Assembly (NCBI GenBank): GCA_041667545.1
Contig: JBAYES010000005.1
Span: 1 to 63,636 of the forward strand
Reading direction: 5' to 3'
DNA length: 63,636 nt
Origin: Candidatus Omnitrophota bacterium
GTDB taxonomy: Bacteria > Omnitrophota > Gorgyraeia > Tantalellales > Tantalellaceae
Part shown: positions 18,608-27,627 of the stretch, piece by piece
How positions within the stretch are numbered: position 1 is the stretch's first letter
Layout of the letters: every line of letters starts with the position of its first letter
Made by a program: the position numbers and the translations under genes
The notes under the pieces: generated by a model
The model's input: the letters and a program-made list of their open reading frames with translations, nothing else
What the model was told of the DNA's origin: nothing
Databases searched by the model: none

Positions 18608-18692
18608 GTAACATATTGTGGGTGCTTTCGTGGGTCGTTGCGAGGAGCCCCCTGTACCATATGGTAAAGGGCGACGAAGCAATCCCATCTCC
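18608..18692. repeat. Degenerate fragment of the type-A element (left arm)
   Basis: GTAACATATTGTG...CGTTGCGAGGAGCCCCCTGTACCATATGGTAAAGGGCGACGAAGCAATC is a diverged version of the left arm seen at 15915-15990. Confidence 0.55.
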
Positions 18693-18799
18693 GCAAATAA
18701 CACCTTTCTATATATCCGCGCCGGGGCTATAATAAATTATCCGTTACTTATTTCCGGAAAAATAAAATTCATATCGTGAAAAAGAGGATAGTCTGAGAG

Positions 18800-20617
18800 A
18801 TGGATGCCTGTAAACTGCTTAAAGAATACTGGGGCTATGATTCATTTCTGCCGTTCCAGGAGGACAGCATCAAAGCTGTTATGGAAGGCAGGGACAGTTT
18901 GACCATACTGCCCACGGGCGGAGGGAAGTCGTTGTGTTATCAGCTTCCCGCTCTTATATGCAAGGGCATGGCGGTTGTGGTCTCGCCGCTGATATCCCTT
19001 ATGAAGGACCAGGTAGATAGTCTCAAGGAGATGGGGATATCCGCCGATGTCTGGAATTCGAGCCTTACTTTTGAAGAAAGAAGATCTGTTGAAGCGAGGA
19101 TCAGGCGGGGAGAGATAAAGATCCTGTATCTGGCGCCGGAAGGTCTTAGGAACTCTTACACTAAAGAATTGCTGCATTCATCCGATATCTCTTTTTTTGT
19201 TATAGACGAAGCGCATTGTGTGAGCCATTGGGGGCATGACTTCAGGCCGGATTACAGGTCGGAACTGGCATCATTAAAAGAGGATTTCGCGGGATGCGGT
19301 ATACACGCCTTTACCGCTACCGCCACAAAAGTGGTCCAGAGAGATATAGTAAAACAGCTGAATTTTAAAGACCCTGTCCTGCTTGAGGGGTACATGGACA
19401 GGCCCAATCTGACCTATCGGGTTAATTTGCGCGAAGGGGATAATATTGCCGGGATAATCTCCATCTTGAAGACCCATGAGGGCGCGCCCGGGATAATATA
19501 CTGCAGAAAGATAGACGACGTTAACAAGTATTCGCAGCAGCTTAGAGCGCGCGGGTTCGATAATTTGAGGTATCACTCACAGCTCAGCGAAAAAGAGCGG
19601 CATGACAACCAGGCGGCTTTCAAGAATGAAAAGGTCAATCTTATGATCGCGACAATAGCTTTTGGGATGGGAATAGACAGGTCCAATATCAGGTTCATAA
19701 TACACACCAATATGCCCAAAAGCACCGAGTCTTACTATCAGGAAGTGGGCCGGGCGGGAAGAGATAATCTGCCTTCTTATTGTTATATGTTCTATGCCGC
19801 TAAGGACTATCGGGACCATATTTACTGGATAGAGCAGGACACGGAGAGGGGGGATATAAATAAGGCCAAGCTTAATGAGATATACAATTACTGCGCGGTC
19901 CCGGGATGCAGGCACAAGGCGCTGGTAGAATATTTCGGCCAGGAGTATAAACAGGACAAGTGCGGAGCCTGCGATCATTGTCTGGGAGAGATCGATATGG
20001 TGGAAGACGCTCCGGGTATCGCCTCCGCGATAATTAAATGTGTCGCGGCTGTCAGGAGGTTCGGAGGCGGGCATGTGGCCGATGTGCTTTACGGCAAGGA
20101 AACCGACAAAGTACGGCAATGCGGCCACCAGGACCTGGAAGTGTTCGGCGCCCTGAATAAGGCGCCTTCGGTGAAATATATACGGAACATGATAGAGCAA
20201 ATGGTAGGCCAGGGCATCCTGGCGAGAGAAAGCGAATACCAGACATTGTCCGCAACTTACAAAGCCCGGGATATTCTGAATGGAACGGCGGCCCCGGTTC
20301 TGGCGAAACCTCCGGTTATCCAGAGAAAAAAAGAGATAATGCGCGGAAGAAAAGAAAAAATAAGGGAATTTTCCTCGCATTACGACACCAACTTATTTGA
20401 CGAGTTAAGACAGAAACGTTCGGAAATAGCGCAGAAAACGGGAAAGCCCGCTTATGTGATATTTCACGACCGGGCGTTAATGGAGATGGCCTCGCGCAAG
20501 CCTTTAACGGAAGAAAGTCTTTTGTCCATAAGCGGAGTAGGAGAGGCGAAACTCAAGAAATACGGTGCCGTCTTTCTTGAGATCATCAGGAATTCCGAAG
20601 AAAGGGGTCAGGGATAA
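18800..20617 (+). CDS. recQ: ATP-dependent DNA helicase RecQ
   Basis: 605 aa. [13 protein letters not shown] (motif I), DEAH, the Zn-finger cysteines ([11 protein letters not shown]...CGACDHC) and a C-terminal HRDC-like region. Confidence 0.9.
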   Translation: MDACKLLKEYWGYDSFLPFQEDSIKAVMEGRDSLTILPTGGGKSLCYQLPALICKGMAVVVSPLISLMKDQVDSLKEMGISADVWNSSLTFEERRSVEARIRRGEIKILYLAPEGLRNSYTKELLHSSDISFFVIDEAHCVSHWGHDFRPDYRSELASLKEDFAGCGIHAFTATATKVVQRDIVKQLNFKDPVLLEGYMDRPNLTYRVNLREGDNIAGIISILKTHEGAPGIIYCRKIDDVNKYSQQLRARGFDNLRYHSQLSEKERHDNQAAFKNEKVNLMIATIAFGMGIDRSNIRFIIHTNMPKSTESYYQEVGRAGRDNLPSYCYMFYAAKDYRDHIYWIEQDTERGDINKAKLNEIYNYCAVPGCRHKALVEYFGQEYKQDKCGACDHCLGEIDMVEDAPGIASAIIKCVAAVRRFGGGHVADVLYGKETDKVRQCGHQDLEVFGALNKAPSVKYIRNMIEQMVGQGILARESEYQTLSATYKARDILNGTAAPVLAKPPVIQRKKEIMRGRKEKIREFSSHYDTNLFDELRQKRSEIAQKTGKPAYVIFHDRALMEMASRKPLTEESLLSISGVGEAKLKKYGAVFLEIIRNSEERGQG

Positions 20618-20625
20618 AAAAGAAC

Positions 20626-20661
20626 TTGACAATGCCGGGCGATGTGTTAGAATTAACTAAC
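20626..20661 (+). promoter_or_regulatory. Promoter of the DtxR-family gene with an overlapping 16-bp palindromic operator
   Basis: TTGACA (20626-20631), 16 nt, TAGAAT (20648-20653) preceded by TGT. The perfect palindrome GTTAG-AATTAA-CTAAC (20646-20661) overlaps the -10. Confidence 0.55.
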
Positions 20662-20693
20662 TTTGTAGCAATAAACTAACAAAAAAGGACGAT

Positions 20694-21185
20694 ATGGGCG
20701 GCAGATCAAAAAAGAACCTGAGTTCGCATATGGAAGATTACCTTGAGACCATTTATGTCCTTGATAAGAAGAATGAAGCGGTCAGGGTAAGGGATATAAG
20801 CGCTTTAATGGATGTGAAAAAATCCAGCGTTAACAATGCTGTCGGGGTGCTTTCCCGGAAGGGCCTTGTAAAACACGAGAAGTATGGATATGTGGTATTG
20901 ACGGACGAAGGACGGAAGGTGTCGGCTGTTATAAAGAAGAGGCATGATCTTTTGGTAAGGTTTTTGGAAGAGATACTGGGGATAGACAGGAGCACGGCCA
21001 TCGAAGACGCCTGCAGGATAGAGCATGTTATAAGTCCCGTTACGAACGAAAGATTAAGAAAATTTATAGAGTTTGTAGATACCTGTCCTACGGGAGAAAA
21101 ACCGGAATGGCTGGAAACTTTGTACTATTATTTTGAAAAAGGCGCTCGCCCGGAACGATGCGGGAAAAGGAAGATAAAAAAATAA
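20694..21185 (+). CDS. DtxR/MntR-family metal-dependent transcriptional regulator
   Basis: MEDYLETIYVL...VRVRDISALMDVKKSSVNNAV is the typical DtxR N-terminal wHTH, followed by a dimerisation/metal-site region. Confidence 0.8.
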   Translation: MGGRSKKNLSSHMEDYLETIYVLDKKNEAVRVRDISALMDVKKSSVNNAVGVLSRKGLVKHEKYGYVVLTDEGRKVSAVIKKRHDLLVRFLEEILGIDRSTAIEDACRIEHVISPVTNERLRKFIEFVDTCPTGEKPEWLETLYYYFEKGARPERCGKRKIKK

Positions 21186-21203
21186 ATTTTTTTGCCGCAA
21201 AAA

Positions 21204-21219
21204 GTTAGATTATACTAAC
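21204..21219. promoter_or_regulatory. Second copy of the GTTAG-N6-CTAAC palindrome (putative DtxR-family operator)
   Basis: GTTAG-ATTATA-CTAAC has the same 5-6-5 architecture as 20646-20661. It lies upstream of the YezD-like ORF and the porin gene. Confidence 0.5.
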
Positions 21220-21329
21220 AAAAGTAGAGTAGCTTTAGAAAAAGGGGGCAAAAGCTATTTTTGCAGAGGTGGAAAAAGCTTAAATTCTCTTAGGGGAAAT
21301 ATGTAAATGGAAGGTAGGAAAAGAAAGAT

Positions 21330-21485
21330 ATGGATGTAAACAAATATAAAAAAGAGAAAAGAACGGATAGTATTCATGAGGAGATACTGATGTGTGTAAG
21401 AAATATAACTTTCGGGGAGGTGGTTATAACTGTACATAATTCAAAAGTAGTCCAAATAGAAAAAAAAGAAAAAAAGAGGTTTTAG
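21330..21485 (+). CDS. Small YezD/DUF2292-like protein (below the cutoff of the ORF track)
   Basis: 51-codon ORF MDVNKYKKEKRTDSIHEEILMCVRNITFGEVVITVHNSKVVQIEKKEKKRF. The FGxVxItVhxxkVvqIEkxEk pattern matches my recollection of DUF2292. Confidence 0.55.
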   Translation: MDVNKYKKEKRTDSIHEEILMCVRNITFGEVVITVHNSKVVQIEKKEKKRF

Positions 21486-21579
21486 GTAAAAGTTACCGCA
21501 CAAGCGGGACTTAAATAGAGCCATAAAAACTGTAGACCGACCGGACAACCGGAGTAGTCAGGTAGAAAGAGAGTCGGGG

Positions 21580-22956
21580 ATGCAGTTTAAAAATAAGTTA
21601 AAATGTTTTGCTGTTATGGCAATGTCAACAATGTTAATAAACAGCGCCGTTTTTGGCGATGATAGCGATCTTAACGCGGAAATATTACGGGAAATGAGGA
21701 AGATGAGAGAGCTTGTTAAGTCCCAGGGGGAAAAAATAGAACAGCTGGAAGTTAAACTTAAGCAACAGTCGAAAGAGATTACCACAAGCCGGGAGAGAAC
21801 CGATAAGAAAATAAAGGATCTGAAAAATGAAGATGTGTCGAAACATTTAAAAAGGGAATTGGCTCTTCTCGGGGAGTTCCCCGGAGGCCTTGAAATAGGC
21901 GCCGAAGCGACATTTGTAGGGCAGGGTGTGACGAACGCGAATAATGCCGGCGCCGCAGACGGAAGAAAAGACAGATTCGACGGATCCTATTCCGCCGATA
22001 TAGAAATAGCTAACAGGTTCGATGATTACGGGATGGCTTTCATCCTTTTAGAAGCGGGTCAGGGCGACGGCGTGGAGAGAGAGCTTACGGTTTTAAGTAA
22101 TGTCAACCGCGATGCCGGGAACTCCGGAGCCAGCGTAGACCTTTCGGAAGCCTGGTATGAACATTCCCTTTTTAACGGAAAGATCGCGTTTACGGCAGGT
22201 AAAATAGACGCTTCCAATTACATAGATACAAATGAATACGCCAATGACGAGACGTCTCAGTTCCTCGGGCATATGTTCCGTAATTCTGCTGTTATAGGAT
22301 GGCCGGATGATAATGCTCTGGGGTTAAGGGCTTATCTGTCTCCTGAATTCACCGATTTTCTGGACATTGAGCTGGTTTATATGGATGAAACGGGAGACTG
22401 GGAGAATCTTTTTGATAACCCGTTCCTGGCCGCTCAGCTCAATTTAATGCCGGCTAAAGTGTTTGGGTACGACGAGGAAATGTGGGGAGGCAATTACAGG
22501 GCTCTTTTCTGGTACAACGGGGCCGCTCATCCAAAAATAAAAGAACCGGATCTTCTTAAACGGGGAAGCGTAGGGTTCGGGTTCAGCATGGGTCAGAAAA
22601 TAACAGATGTTTACGGCATTTTCGGAAGGTTCGGATGGGCTTATCCTGAAAGGAACGATTTCGCGTATGACTGGTCTTGCGGCGCGCAGATGACGGGTAA
22701 GTACTGGAACCGGGAAGATGATGTTATAGCCATAGCGATAGGCCAGGTAATTCCGGGGAAAGACTACAAGGATGTCAATGACCACCACAAGGCCGAGACG
22801 CATATGGAGGCCTATTATTCTTTCAAGGTCAACGACCGCTTGACGGTTTCCCCGGACATACAGATGATATGGGACCCAAACGGGGGCGGGACGGATATGG
22901 GTAAAGACCGCAATATGATATTTGTGTATGGGGTAAGATGCCAGGCGGCTTTTTGA
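21580..22956 (+). CDS. Outer-membrane porin (OprB/carbohydrate-porin-like beta-barrel) with an N-terminal coiled coil
   Basis: Signal peptide (MAMSTMLINSAVFG), coiled-coil stretch, alternating beta-strand pattern and a C-terminal aromatic residue (...RCQAAF). Confidence 0.65.
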   Translation: MQFKNKLKCFAVMAMSTMLINSAVFGDDSDLNAEILREMRKMRELVKSQGEKIEQLEVKLKQQSKEITTSRERTDKKIKDLKNEDVSKHLKRELALLGEFPGGLEIGAEATFVGQGVTNANNAGAADGRKDRFDGSYSADIEIANRFDDYGMAFILLEAGQGDGVERELTVLSNVNRDAGNSGASVDLSEAWYEHSLFNGKIAFTAGKIDASNYIDTNEYANDETSQFLGHMFRNSAVIGWPDDNALGLRAYLSPEFTDFLDIELVYMDETGDWENLFDNPFLAAQLNLMPAKVFGYDEEMWGGNYRALFWYNGAAHPKIKEPDLLKRGSVGFGFSMGQKITDVYGIFGRFGWAYPERNDFAYDWSCGAQMTGKYWNREDDVIAIAIGQVIPGKDYKDVNDHHKAETHMEAYYSFKVNDRLTVSPDIQMIWDPNGGGTDMGKDRNMIFVYGVRCQAAF

Positions 22957-23173
22957 AAAGAAATATCGATGATAAGGCAAGGGAGATTCAACATTAGCGT
23001 TTTGTATGTTTACGGTATCTCCAGCGGACACTATGTTAAGACTTCCTCTTGACATGTTCCGGCGTGGCGTATTATAAGACATTTATGGAGAGCAAGAAGA
23101 CTCATAAGGAAAATTTAACTGCGATCAGAAGATCGGAAGATCAGGGAAAATATTATCAAATAAGGGAGCATCT

Positions 23174-23530
23174 ATGATACTCAGGATAATGGGCGTTATC
23201 ATGATGCTTTTCGGATCAGTGGGGCTGATAAGCCCGCGTATGTTCAAGGCACGTTTGCAGCGGAGAATGAACTTCAGGGTAAAGTTCATCGTATATGGGT
23301 TTATTTTAATTTTCGCGGTGTTCATATTGATAAGCGTGGTAAAAGTACAAGGAATGCTCTCCAAGATCGCCGGACTTGCTGGGCTTGTTATTACGATAAA
23401 AATTGTTATGCTGGTAACGTCGAAAAGTTCCGAGAGATTGTCGATGTGGTTTGAGAAGAGGCCCCCGATCTTTTTCAGATTGTTGGCGTTTATTGTTTTT
23501 GTAATGGGGCTCATGCTGTTTTTTGCGTAA
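23174..23530 (+). CDS. Small integral membrane protein, unknown function
   Basis: 118 aa with four hydrophobic segments. Promoter-like TTGACA / TATTAT lies upstream near 23045-23070. Confidence 0.5.
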   Translation: MILRIMGVIMMLFGSVGLISPRMFKARLQRRMNFRVKFIVYGFILIFAVFILISVVKVQGMLSKIAGLAGLVITIKIVMLVTSKSSERLSMWFEKRPPIFFRLLAFIVFVMGLMLFFA

Positions 23531-23546
23531 AGGAGACGGCGTAAAG

Positions 23547-23608
23547 AGGACAGGCTGCTTTATTCTCCCAGTTTTTCAGGAGAGAATAAAGCAGCCTGTC
23601 CCTTTTAT
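23547..23608 (+). terminator. Strong intrinsic terminator
   Basis: Perfect 20-bp stem (GGACAGGCTGCTTTATTCTC / GAGAATAAAGCAGCCTGTCC) followed by CTTTTATT. Confidence 0.8.
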
Positions 23609-23615
23609 TACTACC

Positions 23616-23644
23616 TTGACAAAAGATGGAACGGCGTGTATAAT
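23616..23644 (+). promoter_or_regulatory. Consensus-like promoter of the Fur-family gene
   Basis: TTGACA (23616-23621), 17 nt, TATAAT (23639-23644). An AT-rich partial dyad ATTGA...TCAAT lies immediately downstream. Confidence 0.6.
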
Positions 23645-23684
23645 TGATAATGGAAACCGTTTTCAATAACGAAAAGGAGAGGAT

Positions 23685-24149
23685 ATGCCTGGAAGAGGAA
23701 GGGTTAGGCCGAGTGGATGGGGAGGAAGGTTCAGGGGGTGCGGGTACAGGATGACGGTGCCGAGGCAGGCAATAGTTGATGTCCTTAGTTCCACCGATAA
23801 GCATCTCAGCGCTGAAGAGATATATATGAAGATACACAATTCTTACCCGAGTGTGGGTCTTACCACCGTTTACAGAACTCTTGAAGTACTTTCCCATATG
23901 GGTATGGTATCCAAGTTTGATTTCGGCGACGGCAGGGGCAGGTACGAATTGAGAATGGGAGATAAAGACGAACATCATCACCACCACCTGATATGCACTA
24001 AATGCAAAAGAGTAATAAATTACACCGAGTTCATAGATGAGGAGTTGGACTTTCTCAAAAGAGCGGAAAAAGGGCTTTCCAGAAAATATAATTTCGATAT
24101 AAAGGACCATATGATACAGTTCTATGGGTTATGTGAAAAATGTAAATAG
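23685..24149 (+). CDS. Fur-family metalloregulator (Fur/Zur/PerR type not resolved)
   Basis: RMTVPRQAIVDVL...HLSAEEIY...VGLTTVYRTLEVL...HHHHHLICTKC...LCEKC (two CxxC pairs) form the Fur-family wHTH and structural Zn site. Unusual G/R-rich N-terminal extension. Confidence 0.8.
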   Translation: MPGRGRVRPSGWGGRFRGCGYRMTVPRQAIVDVLSSTDKHLSAEEIYMKIHNSYPSVGLTTVYRTLEVLSHMGMVSKFDFGDGRGRYELRMGDKDEHHHHHLICTKCKRVINYTEFIDEELDFLKRAEKGLSRKYNFDIKDHMIQFYGLCEKCK

Positions 24150-24165
24150 TAAAAATAAACGGAAA

Positions 24166-24331
24166 AGAGTTCTGCAAAATGGACTTTTATAACGTCTTTG
24201 AGAGGAACGAACGAAGTGAGAGACGAATCGATCTCAACAAATATAACAAGTTATAAGATTGCTTCGGTCCCCTGTACCGTACGGTACAGGGTCCCTCGCA
24301 ACGACGTGAAAACGCTATTTCGCAGAACCCT
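24166..24331. mobile_element. Type-B MITE-like element between the fur-family gene and the DUF5320 gene
   Basis: Termini AGAGTTCTGCAAAAT / ATTTCGCAGAACCCT. Flanked by an imperfect direct repeat, AAAAATAAACGGAAA (24151-24165) and AAAAATAACGGAAA (24332-24345). Carries the TGTACCGTACGGTACA palindrome tip. Confidence 0.75.
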
Positions 24332-24361
24332 AAAAATAACGGAAAAATAAGGAGGTGTGTT

Positions 24362-24706
24362 ATGCCGGGATATGATGGAACAGGTCCTATGGGCATGGGG
24401 CCGATGACAGGAGGGGGCAGGGGTTTTTGCGCTGTTCCCGGTTCGGACGGTTACGCGAGGCCGCGTATCGGCCGTTTTTTCGGAAGAGGCGGAGGCCGCG
24501 GCAGACGTAATATCTATTATGCTACCGGGTTAACCGGGTGGCAGAGGGCGGGAAACCCCGCATATGCGGGGGCATATCCATACGCGGCTCCCACGGTTCA
24601 GGATGAAAGGGATATCCTGAAGAACGAGGCGGAAATTCTCAAAAGAGAACTTGAAGACGTCCAGAACCGTATTGAGACGCTTGAAAAAGCCCAAAACGAC
24701 CAGTAA
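24362..24706 (+). CDS. DUF5320-family protein
   Basis: MPGYDGTGPMGMGPMTGGGRGFC is the characteristic DUF5320 N-terminus. C-terminal coiled coil. Confidence 0.7.
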   Translation: MPGYDGTGPMGMGPMTGGGRGFCAVPGSDGYARPRIGRFFGRGGGRGRRNIYYATGLTGWQRAGNPAYAGAYPYAAPTVQDERDILKNEAEILKRELEDVQNRIETLEKAQNDQ

Positions 24707-24780
24707 GGACAGACAAGGGAAGAAGGCCCTCTGTGCGGGGTCCTCTTCCCTTGATCCGCAAAAGGTAAAAGGAGAAAGGT

Positions 24781-25176
24781 ATGAGAGTAGCGATATCTAC
24801 AGATGGCGGAAGTGTATCCGCGCACTTTGGCAGATGTCCCTTGTTCACGATAGTGGACATTGAGGACGGCAAAGTAGCCGGCAAGGATGTGGTAGAGAAC
24901 CCGGGTCATCATCCCGGATTTTTACCGAAATTCCTTCATGAAAAAGGAGTGAATTGTATTATTGCCGGAGGAATGGGGCAAAACGCCATCAGCTTGTTTT
25001 CACAGCAAAAAATCGAAACGGTGGTCGGGGTCGGCGGAAAGATAGATGATGTGGTAGAGAAGATCCTGAAGGGCACTCTTGTCGGCGGAGAAAGTTTATG
25101 TAAACCACGAAGCGGAAAAGGATACGGTCTGGATAAAACAGTGTGTGACCATTCTGAAAACGATCAAGGATTCTGA
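24781..25176 (+). CDS. NifB/NifX-family (dinitrogenase Fe-Mo cofactor-binding domain) protein
   Basis: MRVAISTDGGSVSAHFGRCPLFTIVDIEDGKV...GMG. The stop codon lies inside the left terminus of the MITE at 25167. Confidence 0.75.
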   Translation: MRVAISTDGGSVSAHFGRCPLFTIVDIEDGKVAGKDVVENPGHHPGFLPKFLHEKGVNCIIAGGMGQNAISLFSQQKIETVVGVGGKIDDVVEKILKGTLVGGESLCKPRSGKGYGLDKTVCDHSENDQGF

Positions 25177-25317
25177 AGAATGGATTTTTATTCCGTCGTT
25201 GCGAGGAACGAACGAAGTGAGTGACGAGGCAATCTCAACATACACAATAAGTCATGAGGTTGTGTCGGTCGCTTTGCTCCCTCGCAATGACGTGAATTTG
25301 CTATTTTTCAGAATTCT
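25167..25317. mobile_element. Type-B MITE-like element inserted in the last codons of the NifX-like gene
   Basis: Termini AGGATTCTGAAGAAT / ATTTTTCAGAATTCT. Direct repeat ATTCTGAAAACGATCA at 25151-25166 and 25313-25328. The right boundary is ambiguous by 5 nt because the flank resembles the terminus. Confidence 0.8.
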
Positions 25318-25346
25318 GAAAACGATCATTAAAGGAGGATAATAAG

Positions 25347-25712
25347 ATGAAAGTGTGCGTTACTTCACAAGGAAAGAGTTTGGATGCTCAAGTGGATCCA
25401 CGGTTTGGGAGATGCCCGTATTTTATTATCGCGGATACGGATACAATGGAGTTTGAGGCGGTCCAGAACCCGAATGTAACCGGGATGGGCGGCGTCGGGG
25501 TTCAATCGGGGCAGTTTATGTCGGAAAAAAAAGTTAAGGTCGTTTTAACGGGCAATGTGGGGCCAAACGCTTTCAGGACTTTAGAAGCCGCCGAAATAGC
25601 CGTAATTACCGGTGTTTCAGGCAGTGTAAAAGAAGCCATTGAGCGGTATAAAAGCGGAGAACTAAAGTTGTCTGATGGAGCCAGCGTTAACTCAAAATTC
25701 GGTATGGGCTGA
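25347..25712 (+). CDS. NifB/NifX-family protein (second paralogue)
   Basis: MKVCVTSQGKSLDAQVDPRFGRCPYFIIADTD...VLTGNVGPNAF. Confidence 0.75.
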   Translation: MKVCVTSQGKSLDAQVDPRFGRCPYFIIADTDTMEFEAVQNPNVTGMGGVGVQSGQFMSEKKVKVVLTGNVGPNAFRTLEAAEIAVITGVSGSVKEAIERYKSGELKLSDGASVNSKFGMG

Positions 25713-25731
25713 TACTGAAAGAGGGGGGATC

Positions 25732-25902
25732 ATGACCGCAAAAGTAGTTGAAGCTAAGTGTACTGGGTGTGGAATTTGCGCGGAAGTATGTCCGGTCAAT
25801 GCTATAAAGATCCAAGCAAGAAAGGCCGTGGTTGATGAGAAGTGTATAGGGTGCGGGGCGTGTGAAACACAGTGCCCGGCAGGGGCTATTATAATTTGCT
25901 AA
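25732..25902 (+). CDS. Small 2x[4Fe-4S] ferredoxin
   Basis: CTGCGICAEVCP and CIGCGACETQCP motifs. Start chosen at the ATG behind GAGGGGGG. Confidence 0.8.
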   Translation: MTAKVVEAKCTGCGICAEVCPVNAIKIQARKAVVDEKCIGCGACETQCPAGAIIIC

Positions 25903-25913
25903 TATCAGGAGGA

Positions 25914-26144
25914 ATGAAAATGCCTATGGGAAATGGAATGGGGCCGTCCGGACAAGGTCCGGGAACAGGTAGAGGTATGGGGAGAGGCCGAGGAAAAGGA
26001 AGAATGGGAGGTAATCTTCCCGGGTCCGGCCCGCAAGGTGATTGCAGGTGTCTCAAGTGCAACTTAAGTGTGCCTCATAATGCCGGAATACCTTGTTACG
26101 ATATGAAATGTCCCAAATGCGGCGGGGCGATGGTAAGAGAGTAA
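25914..26144 (+). CDS. DUF5320-like glycine-rich protein with a C-terminal zinc ribbon
   Basis: MKMPMGNGMGPSGQGPGTGRGMGRGRGKG..., then CRCLKC...CPKCG. RBS AGGAGG upstream. Confidence 0.6.
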   Translation: MKMPMGNGMGPSGQGPGTGRGMGRGRGKGRMGGNLPGSGPQGDCRCLKCNLSVPHNAGIPCYDMKCPKCGGAMVRE

Positions 26145-26184
26145 GATATATTGGGAAAAAAATGTTTTTAAAAGGGGATAAAAA

Positions 26185-27528
26185 ATGGACAAAAAAACGG
26201 ATATTCTGATAGTGGGCGCGGGACCCGCGGGAGTTGTATGCGCCGGAACAGCCGGGAAATATTATCCGGGTAAGAAAATAACAGTGCTAAAAAACGTTGA
26301 GAACGGTGTTGTGCCTTGCGGGATACCTTATATGTTCTCCAGCTTAAAAAGTTGTGACGAGAATATGGCAGGAACTATAGCGCTGGAGGAAAAGGGCGTG
26401 GAAGTATTCGCGGCGCATGCGGAAGCGATCGATCGGGATAAAAAGATGTTGAGGACGAAGAACGGAGATGACTATACTTACGAGAAGCTGGTTCTGGCGA
26501 CAGGGTCTTCGCCCGTAGTGCCTCCGATCCCGGGGATAGATAAGAACGGGGTTTACCCCATATACAAGGATATGGATACGCTTAAAAGAACCACCGAAAG
26601 TGTTAAAAAGGCGAAAAAAGTGCTTATAATCGGAGGGGGGTTTATAGGGGTGGAATTCGCTGACGAACTTTCAGAAGCGAGTGACGTTAATGTATATCTT
26701 GCCGAGATGCTGCCGAGCATATTGGCTAATTCGTTTGACGCGGAATTCGCTGACCTTGCTAAAGAAAAACTGGAAGCGAAAGGAGTAGAAGTCCTTACCG
26801 GCGTAAGGGTCGAAGAGTTAAAAGGAGATAAAAATGTTGAAGAAGCGGTATTGTCGTCCGGCAGAACAGTAAAAGTGGACGCTGTTGTATTGGGGATAGG
26901 GGCCTCTCCCAATACCGCTCTTGCGGATAACACGGGTCTGGATCTGAGAAAAGGGAAAGGTATCTGGGTGGATGAATATATGAGAACCTCTGATCCCGAC
27001 ATCTTTGCTGTCGGGGACTGCGCCGGGAAAAGGGATTTTTATACCCGGAAAGATACCTTGGTAATGCTGGCTTCTACCGCGACTGCCGAGGCGAGGATCG
27101 CCGGGGCGAATCTTTACCAGCTTAAAGTCGTTCGGGAAAATAAAGGGACGATTGCTATTTATTCGACGTATGTTGACGGACTGGTGCTGGGTTCGGCCGG
27201 ACTTACTGAAGTATCGGCCAGGAAAGAAGGGTTTGAGATAGTTACGGGATGCGCGGAAATGATGGACAAGCATCCCGCCGCGATGCCGGGCGCTAAAAAG
27301 ATCAAGGTCAAGCTGATATTCTCAAAACACTCGGGGATCATAATGGGAGGACAGGTCGCGGGAGGTATGTCCGCGGGTGAAATGATAAATACCATCGGAA
27401 TGGCAATCCAGCAGAGAGTTTCACTTTCAGAATTGGAGACTTTACAGGTGGCGACACACCCCTATCTTACGAGCGCGCCCACGATGTATCCGCTTGTAGT
27501 AGCGGCTCAGAACGCTCAGGTGCTATAG
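26185..27528 (+). CDS. FAD-dependent pyridine nucleotide-disulfide oxidoreductase, CoA-disulfide reductase / NADH oxidase family
   Basis: ILIVGAGPAG dinucleotide fold, single redox-Cys motif VVPCGIPY, second GGGFIGVE fold, AVGDC. Confidence 0.8.
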   Translation: MDKKTDILIVGAGPAGVVCAGTAGKYYPGKKITVLKNVENGVVPCGIPYMFSSLKSCDENMAGTIALEEKGVEVFAAHAEAIDRDKKMLRTKNGDDYTYEKLVLATGSSPVVPPIPGIDKNGVYPIYKDMDTLKRTTESVKKAKKVLIIGGGFIGVEFADELSEASDVNVYLAEMLPSILANSFDAEFADLAKEKLEAKGVEVLTGVRVEELKGDKNVEEAVLSSGRTVKVDAVVLGIGASPNTALADNTGLDLRKGKGIWVDEYMRTSDPDIFAVGDCAGKRDFYTRKDTLVMLASTATAEARIAGANLYQLKVVRENKGTIAIYSTYVDGLVLGSAGLTEVSARKEGFEIVTGCAEMMDKHPAAMPGAKKIKVKLIFSKHSGIIMGGQVAGGMSAGEMINTIGMAIQQRVSLSELETLQVATHPYLTSAPTMYPLVVAAQNAQVL

Positions 27529-27627
27529 CGGACATATTTTACACCGTGACGGGATAAAAAATCTGAACAGATCGATCGGGGATGGAATGGTTAGACACGC
27601 AGCCGAGGCCGGCTGAAAGGGAGGGTT

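Noticed and set aside
19577-20380. 267-aa antisense ORF inside recQ
   Set aside because: It is a shadow ORF opposite a gene with strong helicase motifs. It has arginine/proline-rich low-complexity composition and no start context.
23645-23684. Fur box downstream of the fur-family promoter
   Set aside because: Only a weak dyad (ATTGA...TCAAT) in AT-rich sequence, with no convincing match to the 19-bp GATAATGATAATCATTATC consensus. Mentioned in the promoter feature but not called as an operator.
24781-25712. Nitrogen-fixation locus
   Set aside because: Only NifX/NifB-C-terminal-type cofactor-binding domains are present. There is no nifH, nifD, nifK, nifE or nifN, and no NifB radical-SAM core, in the window.
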